Below, in pieces: positions 29,235-39,313 of a DNA stretch of 64,000 nucleotides (positions are counted from its first letter, which is position 1; each line of letters begins with the position of its first letter). Position numbers and translations under genes: made by a program. This DNA comes from Candidatus Poribacteria bacterium. Lineage in GTDB: Bacteria; Poribacteria; WGA-4E; WGA-3G. Location of the stretch: the NCBI GenBank assembly GCA_965242965.1, contig OZ251518.1, forward strand, positions 5,472,001 through 5,536,000. Direction: 5' to 3'. The notes under the pieces are model-generated. The model was not told where the DNA came from, made no database searches, and saw only the letters and a list, made by a program, of their open reading frames with translations.

Positions 29235-32039
29235 ATGACACAGACATTAACAATTGACGGAAAGGAAGTCGCCTTTTCTGAAGGTGAAACGCTCCTTGAA
29301 ATCGGAGAACGGCATCACAAAGAGATTCCGACGCTCTGTTATGACACGCGGCTTGAACCCTTCGGCGGGTGTCGACTCTGCATCGTTGAATTGGAAGGCG
29401 CGCGCAATCCTGTCGCTTCTTGCACGACGAAAGCGGCACCAGGAATGGTAGTCCGCACTGCAACGGAGCAGATTGAGGCGTATCGGAAGACGCTCGTCGA
29501 TCTGGTCCTCAGCGAAAATCGGGAAGTTGATGTGCATCCGCTGCGAGGGTATGCCTCTGGTGAACTTGCAAGCCTCCGCGATAGATATGGGGTGTGCAGT
29601 GAAGGCGCGCGGGAGACAGGCCCCGGGCGGTTAACGGGCGCGACGTCTGGCACGAGCAAATCCGATGACAATCCTTTCATTCTGCGGGACTATGAGTTGT
29701 GCATCTCGTGTTATCGGTGCGTGCGCGTCTGCGCTGAACAAGAGGGGGACCACGCTATCACCGTAATGAACCGCGGTTTCCACACACAGATTGCCACCGA
29801 GTTTGATGGGCTCCTCAAAGATTCTGCATGCACCTTTTGTGGGCAGTGCATCCAGACATGTCCTACCGGCGCGCTAGCGGATAAGAAGGCACTGCGCGCT
29901 TCCGATACCGTAGCGCGGGGGCCTGTCCCCCGCGTGCCTTCAGCGGTAGAAAGCAGAGAAGCCGAAGGACAGGCCGTCGCACTAGGTGCTGCTCCCTTTG
30001 CCAAAACGCGGACGATATGTCCCTATTGTGGGGTTGGATGTTCGGTGGATATTCTCACGCAAGAAGAGAAAATTGTCGGTATCCACCCGGCGATGGACGG
30101 GCCTGCCAATCTCGGCGCGCTCTGTGTCAAAGGGCAGTTTGCCTATGACTTCGTGCAACATCCCGATCGACTCAAGATACCGCTTGTTCGGGGAGAAGAT
30201 GGCGAACTTCACGAGACAACCTGGGACGACGCGCTGGATAGAGCCGCCGAAGGCTTCCGCAAAACGCACGCGGCGCACGGCAAACACAGCGTTTACGGCA
30301 TCGCCTCTGGGCGCGCCCCGAGCGAAGCCGCCTATCTGATGCAAAAGTTCATCCGCGTCGGTTTCGGCACGAACTACATTGACAATTGCAGCCGTGCCTG
30401 ACACGCGCCAACCGTTGCCGGGCTGGCAGCGACAATTGGACGCGGTGCAATGTCAAATCCGCTTGAGGATATGGAGAAGCCGGATGTGATTTTCTGCATC
30501 GGCACGAATATGACAGAGTGTCACCCTGTCGCCGCGACAGGGTTGAAAAAGGCGGTGGCGCGCGGCGCGAAACTCATCGTCGCCGACCCGAGGCGCATCG
30601 GCTTAGCGGAGATGTCGCATCTCTATCTACCGCTGCGTGTCGGTTCTGATACTGCACTGCTTCTCGGCATGGCGCACGTCATCGCGCGCGAGGGATTAAT
30701 TGACGAAGAGTTTATCAGGAACCGCACCGTCGGTTTTGACGAATTCTTTGAGCACATCTCGCAGTGGACACCCGAGTGGGCTGAAACCATCACCGGTGTG
30801 CCGGCGAAGGACATTGAGACAGCGGCGATTTGGTATGGCAGCGCAGACAAAAGTGCCATCTACTACACCCTCGGCATCACAGAACATATTTGTGGGGTTG
30901 AGAATGTGCAGAGTCTGTGTAATCTCGCGCTGATGACAGGCAACCTTGGGCGCGAAGGCACCGGTATCAACCCGATGCGCGGACAAAACAACATTCAGGG
31001 AGCCGGCGACAGCGGCGCGTTGCCAAATAACTACCCCGGCTTCCAGTCTGTCACTGAACCCGCAAATCAGGCGAAGTTCAAACGCGAGTATGGCACGGAG
31101 ATTGAGTTGGAGAAGGGCATCACGAAGGTAACCGCGCTAGAGTTGTGCGGCGACAGCATCCACGCCATGCTCATTGATGGCGAGAACACCTTACTGTCCG
31201 ACCCGGACCGGGCGCATTGCGAGCATGCGTTGCGTTCACTGGAACACCTCGTCGTCATTGACATTTTTTTGACGGAGACAGCGCAACTCGCCGATGTCGT
31301 CCTCCCAGCGGCGGCGTGGGGAGAGACAGATGGAGTCTGCACGAACACGGAACGTCGGGTGCAGCGGCTGCGCGCAGCAGTCCCTCCCGCCGGCGAAGCG
31401 AAACCGGATTGGTGGATTATCTCTCAAATCGCGCAACGCCTCGGTTTTAACGGGTTTGATTTTGACGCGCCGAAACCGATTTTCAACGAACTCTGCCGGG
31501 TATCGCCGATTTACGCGGGATTAGATTGGGAACGCATTGACAAAGGTGCCAAAAACGGTGTAAACCAGTGGCCCGTGCCGCACGAAGAGCATCCCGGCAC
31601 GCCACGGTTGCATGAAGGTGAGTTTGTCAACGGGCGCGGCATCTTTTCAAACGTGCATTACCGCGACCCGGCCGAAACGATTGACGAGGCGTTTCCGGTG
31701 TGGCTCACGACGGGCCGCCGCCTGCAGTCTTACCATACCCGCACGCAGACCGGGCGCGCGCAGGGGATTGAGTATCTGCTGCCGGAAGAGACTCTTGAGA
31801 TAAATCCCGCTGATATTGAGAAATGGGGATTATCGGATGGGGAGTGGTGTAAGATGAGCAGCGCGCGCGGGAGTGTTAATATTAAGGTAAAGGCGACGAA
31901 TCGTTCGCCGCGCGGCACCGTTTTCGCCAGCTTCAGTTTCGCCGATGTGCCTGTTAACGTCCTGACTGGCTCTGGCTATGATGCGATAACGCATACGGCG
32001 GAATTGAAGGTTTGTCCGGTTCGATTAGAACCGATATAA
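29235..32039 (+). CDS. fdhF: selenocysteine-containing formate dehydrogenase alpha subunit with N-terminal Fe-S domains
   Basis: Two in-frame ORFs joined at TGA 30399-30401 in DNCSRA-U-HAPTVAGL; 2Fe-2S and 4Fe-4S motifs, CPYCGVGC, PMRGQNNIQGA, TNTERRVQ. Confidence 0.92.
30413..30431 (+). promoter_or_regulatory. putative bacterial SECIS hairpin
   Basis: CGTTGCC-GGGCT-GGCAGCG stem-loop about 11 nt after the UGA. Confidence 0.7.
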
Positions 32040-32053
32040 ACGGAGGTCCTGCG

Positions 32054-32362
32054 ATGAATTGGAAATCACGTTGGACAGAACAGAGTGCGGATGTCAACGC
32101 GCTCAAAAAGCAGTTGCAATCCGAAGGTTTCGATGCTTATCAGTGGACGGGCCGCCCCGGCGGTGCCTACCTCAACTATATCCATGCGCAAGACGAAGTC
32201 GTCTGTGTGTTATCGGGGACTGCTGACGTTGAGGTGGCCGATGCGCACGGCACTGCCGAACCCGGCGACCGGATTGATGTCCCCGCGAATACCTACCACT
32301 CCCTCACCGTCACGAGCGATGAGCCGCTGGTAGTTTTGACGGGGATGCGCCATTCGTTGTAA
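32054..32362 (+). CDS. cupin domain protein
   Basis: YIHAQDEVVCVLSG and PGDRIDVPANTYH motifs; GGAGG RBS. Confidence 0.8.
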   Translation: MNWKSRWTEQSADVNALKKQLQSEGFDAYQWTGRPGGAYLNYIHAQDEVVCVLSGTADVEVADAHGTAEPGDRIDVPANTYHSLTVTSDEPLVVLTGMRHSL

Positions 32363-32541
32363 AGACGGCTGTCTATAGCCGCCAACTAATCACCATCGCG
32401 AGGGACAGGTTTTCCCGCGCGCTACTACAATCATTCAGAATCCTCTCGGGGGAATCTGATGGAAAAGGACAGTTTCAGGATATGAGGCAAACGTAATCTT
32501 GCTAATCTTGCATAATCCTGGAAATCCTGCTTGGAGAATTT

Positions 32542-34032
32542 ATGAACATTACCGTCAAAACCGGCGATTTTCGGCAAGAGGAGACAGGTGTCGTCGTCAT
32601 CGGCATCCTCGAAAATCCGGATTTTTATAGTGGATACCTCCACCTTGCCGACGAGGCATTAGGCGGACGTATCCGTGAACTGATAGAGCTTGGCGACTTC
32701 AAAGGCAAACTGAAAGACACCAGTCTGCTCTATACCCGCGGCGCGATGAAAACCCCGCGCGTCCTCTTGGTAGGGCTCGGTGCATATCACGAATTGACTG
32801 TGGAGAAGGTGCGACAGGGGGCCGGCCACGCAGCGAAACACTTGCGGGACATAGGGTTGAAAACCGCAACGTTCCTCATCCCTGACGAAGTGCCAGAGCT
32901 GGGGGCGATGGTGCAGGCGGCCGCCGAGGCGATTTTGCTTTCGCTTTACCAATTCAAGCAGCACAAAACCGTGCAGGAAGATGACGATGAGAAGGGACTT
33001 GAATCCATCACCTTCCTCGCCGAGAGTGCACCGAGCCAGCCTGTGGTGGAACGCGCTGTTCACCGCGGTCAAACCATCGCCGGCGGCACGATGCTCGCCC
33101 GCGATTTGAGCAATCAACCGGCGAACCATCTCACCCCGACGCAACTCGCCGAAACAGCAGAGACTGTCGCCGCTGATAACGGACTATGTTGCGAAGTGTT
33201 TGATAAAGCGACGTTGGAAGCGAAAGGTTTCCGCACACTCCTCGCCGTTGCACAGGGCAGCGTTGAGGAGCCACGGTTTATCATCTTGGAGTATACCCCC
33301 GAAGGCGAAGGACAAGATACCGTCGTCCTCGTCGGGAAAGGCATCACCTTTGATACCGGGGGGATTTCACTCAAGCCTGGGAAAGGCATGCACGAGATGA
33401 AGCACGACATGTCCGGGGCGGCCGCGGTCCTCGGCGCGATGCAGGTAATTGGACAGTTGAAACCTGACTTGCACGTCATCGGTCTCGTCGCCGCGACCGA
33501 GAATATGCCGAGTGGCACGGCGATTAAACCGGGCGATGTTGTCACCGCCTACGGTGGGAAGACGATCGAGATTCTCAACACCGATGCGGAGGGACGGCTT
33601 GTGTTGGCGGATGCACTCGGCTGGACAGCGCAGTATAACCCGCAAGGCGTAGTCGATCTGGCGACACTCACCGGTGCCGTGATTACGTGTCTTGGGCATG
33701 TCGCCGCCGGTGCGATGACCACGGATCCGGCGTTAATGGACAAAGTCAAGGCGGCCGCCGAGAAGACGCACGAGCGCGTTTGGGAATTGCCGCTCTGGGA
33801 CGATTACGATGAGGGAATCAAGAGCAAGGTTGCCGATGTGCAGAATATCGGCGATGGCACCGCTGGCACGATTGCGGGCGGCGCGTTCTTGAAGAAGTTC
33901 GTCGAAGATTACCCGTGGGTGCATCTTGACATCGCCGGCACGGCTTGGGGGATGAAGGGTTCTACCTATATTCCGGAGGGTGCTTCGGGTTATGGGGTGC
34001 GGTTGTTGGTGCAGTTGGTTGAGGATTGGTAG
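32542..34032 (+). CDS. pepA: leucyl aminopeptidase (M17)
   Basis: VGKGITFDTGG, MKHDMSGAA, NTDAEGRL and WVHLDIAG motifs. Confidence 0.95.
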   Translation: MNITVKTGDFRQEETGVVVIGILENPDFYSGYLHLADEALGGRIRELIELGDFKGKLKDTSLLYTRGAMKTPRVLLVGLGAYHELTVEKVRQGAGHAAKHLRDIGLKTATFLIPDEVPELGAMVQAAAEAILLSLYQFKQHKTVQEDDDEKGLESITFLAESAPSQPVVERAVHRGQTIAGGTMLARDLSNQPANHLTPTQLAETAETVAADNGLCCEVFDKATLEAKGFRTLLAVAQGSVEEPRFIILEYTPEGEGQDTVVLVGKGITFDTGGISLKPGKGMHEMKHDMSGAAAVLGAMQVIGQLKPDLHVIGLVAATENMPSGTAIKPGDVVTAYGGKTIEILNTDAEGRLVLADALGWTAQYNPQGVVDLATLTGAVITCLGHVAAGAMTTDPALMDKVKAAAEKTHERVWELPLWDDYDEGIKSKVADVQNIGDGTAGTIAGGAFLKKFVEDYPWVHLDIAGTAWGMKGSTYIPEGASGYGVRLLVQLVEDW

Positions 34033-34048
34033 ATTTCTCTGCGGAAAT

Positions 34049-34072
34049 GGAGGGGTTTCCCGAAACCCCTCC
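34049..34072. terminator. hairpin between convergent genes
   Basis: GGAGGGGTTT-CCCG-AAACCCCTCC. Confidence 0.55.
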
Positions 34073-34086
34073 ACCGTTCCACATCG

Positions 34087-35055
34087 CTATTTCTTCTTCA
34101 GTTCTCCCCATGTTGTCGTTAACTGGGACGCTTGAGGTTCAACTGGAAAAGAAGATGGATGCCACCAGTCCGGGTCCTCATTATTTGTTGAATCCGAACT
34201 AGAGGTGAGTCGCTGCCAATTGTTAGTCCCTCGCGTTATTTTGTAGATATGCTCGGTCTCGGTAACAAACATATCAAACACTGTCACAAGGAGTTCGCCA
34301 CCGTACGGAGCAACAGCAGGACTGTATACGAAATGATCTTCCCACCAATTCAGGACTGTCGCTTCTCCACCCCAACGGGGCACAGAATAAATCCCATCGT
34401 AGGTAGTCCATAGCCATGAAAAAACGATGTAGTTACTTTGTGGCCCCCATGCAGGATCCGAGATCGTAGCATCAGCAGTGCCACGGACAATTCTCCTTTT
34501 GATGCCCGTTTGGACGTTAATAACGTAAAGAGAAGCTCCCGTGTAAACGTTAAATCTGGAACCTCCGCTAATAAACGCTATATGTGTTCCATCTGGGGAC
34601 CAGGCGGGATTTGCTCCGGTAACGAGAAACTCCGAAGCACCCGTGAATCGGTTGTAGATGTAGATATCCTCCTCGTTCCACGAGTAAGCGATTCTTCGTC
34701 CATCTGGTGCCCACGTCGGCGATGTCCTATGGCCTGAATTCCGTCTCACTCTCCGTTGGTTGCTCCCGTTGGCATTCATAATATACACATCGGGTTGCCC
34801 ACCGCGTTCGGAGACAAAGAGAATCTCTGTTCCATCGGGAGACCATGTCGGATCGTAATCGTCCGCGAGATCCGTGGTTAAGATGGTTAGCCCATCTCCG
34901 TTCGGTCCCATAGAACAAATGTCTAAATCGCCAAGGTTGCAGGTATACACGATTTTGCCGCTTTCCCAGATGCTGGCGAAAACGGGTGAGCAAATGCTTG
35001 CATACCCTAATGCCAAGGCGATGACACAAAACGCGAGATACCGCGTAACTTTCAT
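34087..35055 (-). CDS. secreted TolB-like (PD40) beta-propeller protein
   Basis: Signal peptide; repeated PxWSPDG; C-terminal PVEPQASQLTTTWGELKKK. Confidence 0.85.
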   Translation of the reverse strand: MKVTRYLAFCVIALALGYASICSPVFASIWESGKIVYTCNLGDLDICSMGPNGDGLTILTTDLADDYDPTWSPDGTEILFVSERGGQPDVYIMNANGSNQRRVRRNSGHRTSPTWAPDGRRIAYSWNEEDIYIYNRFTGASEFLVTGANPAWSPDGTHIAFISGGSRFNVYTGASLYVINVQTGIKRRIVRGTADATISDPAWGPQSNYIVFSWLWTTYDGIYSVPRWGGEATVLNWWEDHFVYSPAVAPYGGELLVTVFDMFVTETEHIYKITRGTNNWQRLTSSSDSTNNEDPDWWHPSSFPVEPQASQLTTTWGELKKK

Positions 35056-35315
35056 AAAAATTCCTCCTATTGATTCATTAATACGCTAACCAAATTGTGT
35101 TAACAATAGACATGACACGACGCGTGGAATTAGCATTCCTCGCGTAAGAAAAAAGATTTTCGGGCTCAGGCGAGCCCGAACTACAGTGGTGAATCGGTTG
35201 CCGCGCAAGGGACAGGCCCTCGCGCCGGTAACTTTCTGGTAGGCGCGGTTTCAAACCGCGCCTACCCGCTTCGTCCAGTGGCAACCCCAGGTCTGCTACA
35301 GGAAACCCAAGTGTA

Positions 35316-36176
35316 CTAATCTTGTAAATCCTGGAAATCTTGTAAATCCTGCTTGACGAACGCAACGAGATGCACTACAAGTTGCTCTGTATCGGGAAAT
35401 TCGGCGAACGTTCTGTCGCGGAGTGCGTCCTCCAACTCCGTAACATAGCGGTTCTCTTCCTGAAGCCCGATATCCTGCCGCCACTGTTTCAAGGCGGTGC
35501 GTTCGCCGGTGCGGAGATATTGCAAGAGCGCATTGATGACTTGTTTGTGGACATCCACGGCGCGAATGTGTTCGTTCGCATCGCCCGTGAACGTGATGTA
35601 GAAGTTGCCATCAAGGTTGCACCACTCCGTGATACCGGCGCGGGCGAAAATCGTCAGTTTGTTTCGGGTAATTCCGAGCGAGTGTTCCCACGGTTCTAAC
35701 TCCGAAAGTAGGTATTGAACCGTTTGCGGCTCACTCAGAATTTGAGACTGGGAGAGCTCTCCTACTGCACAAGTGCCGTTGAGAGGTGCTGTCCTTCCGA
35801 GATGGTAACGAAAATACCTGAATTTAAACCCGGTTATCGTCGTGTTGAGCAGCGCGTTGGCGTAGAGCGTTTTCGCCGGTTTCCCTATCGGCTCAAAGTG
35901 CTTAAGAAAGATTTTCTCGATCTGCGTCAGGAGAGCAAGCGGTTCACCTTCGCCTGCAGATTCTTCGAGAGCTTCAATGACACTGGGGACAACGCCAAAG
36001 AGTTCCGCAAATTCCGCTCGGGACCACCCGATGGCTTGGCGTAAATCGTAAACGTGTTGCGCGATTCCGCCGTTGATTTCCGCTGTGTCTAGCAAGACAA
36101 GCATCTCGGGATCCTCATTAAAATAGAGTTTGTCCATAATCTCAATAGCATCCGTAATCTTCCTATTTTCAGCCAT
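35316..36176 (-). CDS. HigA-like HTH domain fused to an unknown C-terminal domain
   Basis: TDAIEI..IAQHVYDLRQAIGWSRAEFAELFGV XRE-like HTH; GGAGG RBS; the 3' end runs into a QDLQDFQD repeat. Confidence 0.6.
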   Translation of the reverse strand: MAENRKITDAIEIMDKLYFNEDPEMLVLLDTAEINGGIAQHVYDLRQAIGWSRAEFAELFGVVPSVIEALEESAGEGEPLALLTQIEKIFLKHFEPIGKPAKTLYANALLNTTITGFKFRYFRYHLGRTAPLNGTCAVGELSQSQILSEPQTVQYLLSELEPWEHSLGITRNKLTIFARAGITEWCNLDGNFYITFTGDANEHIRAVDVHKQVINALLQYLRTGERTALKQWRQDIGLQEENRYVTELEDALRDRTFAEFPDTEQLVVHLVAFVKQDLQDFQDLQD

Positions 36177-36246
36177 TGTCAACCTCCAGAATATGTAGCA
36201 TCGGATTTTGCTCAAACTGCCGTTTGCGTTTTAGCGCGAGTTATTT

Positions 36247-36650
36247 GAGGGTGTTTCATAAATTGCTCAACGTCGCGGTGACAGGCCCCGCGCTGCGGTG
36301 CGGCTGTGTCTCCCTACAAAGTAGGGAGGAAGACAGGCGTGAAAAAAACGCCGCCCCTTCCCGTAGGGCGAGGGCCTGTCCCTCGCCATGCGTTTGGAAA
36401 CCGTGGCATCTACCCCCAAGCCCCCGGGGGTTTCCAAAGGGTGAATGCCTGCAGTCCTCATCACCCCGGTAGTGCAGGATCGCCAGATCCTGACCCGTTT
36501 TACCGGGGTGGAAGGCGATCCCGCACTACAGCGGTGGGCCCGATGCCTTCCGGTATTCGCCCGCTCTCCAAGGCGGGATACATTGCGTAATGCGTATACC
36601 CCCCCTAAAGGGAGTTATACGCAACCGAAACGGCGTTAGGAAACACCCTC
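36247..36650. mobile_element. MITE-like element with 8-bp target duplication AGTTATTT
   Basis: GAGGGTGTTTCATA / TAGGAAACACCCTC ends; AGTTATTT at 36239-36246 and 36651-36658. Confidence 0.85.
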
Positions 36651-37014
36651 AGTTATTTCACGTTGGGGGACAGCCGCGGTTTTCTTGGCAATACCGTGTG
36701 TGAGAACAGCGGTTTCACCGTGCTAGAAAGCGAGGAAAAACTGTAAAGACCCCGGTTAAAAACCGCGCCTAACGCCTTCGTTTTACGTAAGTCCCATGTG
36801 TCTACGACTTCGAGGTGAAAGCTCCCAAACACCATAAGGGGAATCTTCGCGCAAGAAACCTTCCCTTACCAACTTCTCGCGCATATTATCGCAGTAAATC
36901 TTCCAATTTCTCTGCCCATAATCTTCCATCATGCGTTCTGCCGCTTTTAGAACCACCGGGGTGTTTAAAACCTCGGGTCTCGTAACTCTGCCATTATAGG
37001 CAGGCGTTTTGGGA

Positions 37015-38721
37015 TTATTTCACTTCAAGCGACCGGTAAACCTGCTTGATTTTGGCCGCCATCAGTTCGGCGCGTTTGGAGAGGAATTCCTCATAGGGCA
37101 TGCTGCCCGCACCACTCGGTATACAGTGCTGTTCCATGTGTTCAACACCTTCAAGTGGATTGAGTTTATATGCATCGTCAATATAGGTATGGAACGGCGT
37201 ATCCCGAATTGCGAGGTTGTCGGATTGCGTCGTTATAGCCATATTGGGAATCGCGCTCCGTAACTTTTCGTCAATACCTTCTTCGCGCAGTGTTTTCTGA
37301 GGGTAGATGTGGTGCCATTGCAGGGTGTCGCGATTCTGTGGCAAGGCTACCACGGAATCAGTGCTGAAGAGTGCGGTATCTTCAGATAGGGCTTGCACAG
37401 CTTGCCAGACTTGCCATTCACGATTCCGGCGCAGTGCCTTCTTTTTGATGAGCCGCGCCGGCAGCTCCACTTTGAAGAAGTCGTCAGTGGTAAAGGCTGC
37501 CATCCCATCAATGTAGTCGTGTGGGTTTTCTGCCGTGCTGAAGCCGCGAACCGCCTCGCGGACTTCAGGTCTACCTCGCAAGGTACCTTGGAGGTTTTTC
37601 GCGAGTAACCACCGGTAAATCAACGTCTTAATGCTCTCAATGTCCATTCGGCGTTCAAGACAGCAGTGGAGGTATAACCAGTAGGCTACGCTCGCTTGTT
37701 GATCCGCTATGAACATGCGCATGGGATGCATCAGTTCATTGAATTCGGTGAAGTGTGCCTCGGACACAATTGCCTTGATTGCGGCGCGGAGGGCGGTAGT
37801 TGGCTCTTCGGCATCTCTGCTCGTTGGCGACATTTTCCCGATGATACTGTCAAGATTGGCCGTACCGAAGACGCGCCAGATAAGTACTGAGCCGACATCT
37901 GCTTTGTCGGGATGGTAGGCATAGTAACTCCAGTTTTTGTAATCGTGCATCCACTCCAACGTGGTGTAGAGCGGATGCCTCTCGCCTATCTCACAGCGGC
38001 GGCGGGCTTCGGCGGGGTTTTGGAGTCCTAGACAGAAACGAACGATAGTCTCCGCGACTTCGGGGTGATGCGTTTGCAATTCGGCGAGGCAGATTTGTAT
38101 CGCCTCAACCCGTGTCGGACTTTCGTTGACTTGCCGAAACACCTCATAGACATGTGGATACGGCATGTTTTCCCAGATTTGGAAGACACCAATTTTGTTG
38201 GATCTGATGTCTACCAACTTGTCAATGTTTTCTTCAGCACTTTCGCTTTCCTCGTCGGAGAGCCAATTTTGATCGCAGTAGGCTTTCCGAATTTTCCGTT
38301 TTTCTCCGTTGAACAACGGGGAAATGTCGGGAATCCATGCTTCGAGTTTCATATGCTTTTTCCGCGAGAGTGCGAACTCACCGGTTAGCGGGTTGAAGGC
38401 AATACCGATGCGCTTTTGCTCGTAGTCCTCTGTCAGCACTGTGTTGCCGAGTAAGGCGGTGTTCATCGCGGCGAGCCGCTGCTGTCCATCAATGACGAGC
38501 CAGTTTTCGCCGGTAGACTGGTTTCCGTTGCGCAACAGAATACCGTCTTGTTTCCAGATACAGAGCGTGCCAAGCGGGATACCTTGGTACGCGCTTTCCA
38601 CGAGCCGTAAGATCTGCTTGTCTTTCCACACAAACGGACGTTGGAGCGCGGGAATTTCGTACCTCTCGCTGCGGAGAGCTTCTATGACATCCGCTAAGTT
38701 TTGGGTTTCAAGATTATACAT
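37015..38721 (-). CDS. DUF262 (GmrSD-like) protein with C-terminal DUF1524/HNH-like region
   Basis: IPALQRPFVW, VIDGQQRL, FRQVN and HHIYPQ..N..N motifs; AAGGAG RBS before ATG 38721. Confidence 0.8.
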   Translation of the reverse strand: MYNLETQNLADVIEALRSERYEIPALQRPFVWKDKQILRLVESAYQGIPLGTLCIWKQDGILLRNGNQSTGENWLVIDGQQRLAAMNTALLGNTVLTEDYEQKRIGIAFNPLTGEFALSRKKHMKLEAWIPDISPLFNGEKRKIRKAYCDQNWLSDEESESAEENIDKLVDIRSNKIGVFQIWENMPYPHVYEVFRQVNESPTRVEAIQICLAELQTHHPEVAETIVRFCLGLQNPAEARRRCEIGERHPLYTTLEWMHDYKNWSYYAYHPDKADVGSVLIWRVFGTANLDSIIGKMSPTSRDAEEPTTALRAAIKAIVSEAHFTEFNELMHPMRMFIADQQASVAYWLYLHCCLERRMDIESIKTLIYRWLLAKNLQGTLRGRPEVREAVRGFSTAENPHDYIDGMAAFTTDDFFKVELPARLIKKKALRRNREWQVWQAVQALSEDTALFSTDSVVALPQNRDTLQWHHIYPQKTLREEGIDEKLRSAIPNMAITTQSDNLAIRDTPFHTYIDDAYKLNPLEGVEHMEQHCIPSGAGSMPYEEFLSKRAELMAAKIKQVYRSLEVK

Positions 38722-39058
38722 GTTATCTCCTTCATACCCCAAGTTGCCGCCTAAAAAGAGTCAGTGTCCCAGGGGTTTGGCATAAACGTTCATGAGACTT
38801 CTGATAGAGTTTTACTAAAAATTGAAGATCAGGCCAATTTCGGTTTCAGAATCACCAAATAAAGGGAGACGCATCCGTGCTCCCTATTTGGGTGGATGCG
38901 CTTCCTGTAACGGAGAATGACGTTCAGAAGCGGCGGCTGTCCCGCGGCGGCGGGAAGCAGCCTTCTCAACGTTTCCTTGTGCGCAGCACTAGCGAAAACG
39001 GTTCGTCCCGGCGGGACCAAGTTTCTCGCAAAGCGCACCGAGGCCAATCTCGTAAATC

Positions 39059-39226
39059 TCAAGATTCGTCATCTTTAAGATTTCGGTATGTCCAACCTGA
39101 CTCTTCCAGCTGCCTTATCGCCTTGCGGCATTCTGCTTTGGAAATTTTCGGCAGCGAGTTCAGCCACCGTTGCATTGGGACCTGGCCGCTCGGTTCTCGA
39201 TAGTAAACAATTCGTGTCTGTGCCAT
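39059..39226 (-). pseudogene. truncated RelE/HigB (Gp49-like) toxin, 55 aa
   Basis: MAQTRIVYYREPSGQVPMQRWLNSLPKISKAECRKAIRQLEESG resembles the N-terminal half of Gp49-like toxins; TTGCCA-17-TAAATT promoter 6 nt upstream. Confidence 0.55.
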
Positions 39227-39313
39227 AGAGACAATTTACCATATCTCGCAATTTTTGGCAATTCGCTTAAAAACCGGAAGAGACTGCACAAGCCTCTTCC
39301 GGGGAATCGCAGC

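Noticed and set aside
27955-29463. 502-aa minus-strand ORF and similar long antisense ORFs
   Set aside because: Shadow frames of well-supported opposite-strand genes in GC-rich DNA.
29235-32039. Formate dehydrogenase as two genes or a pseudogene
   Set aside because: The UGA is in frame at the Sec position and is followed by a SECIS-like hairpin.
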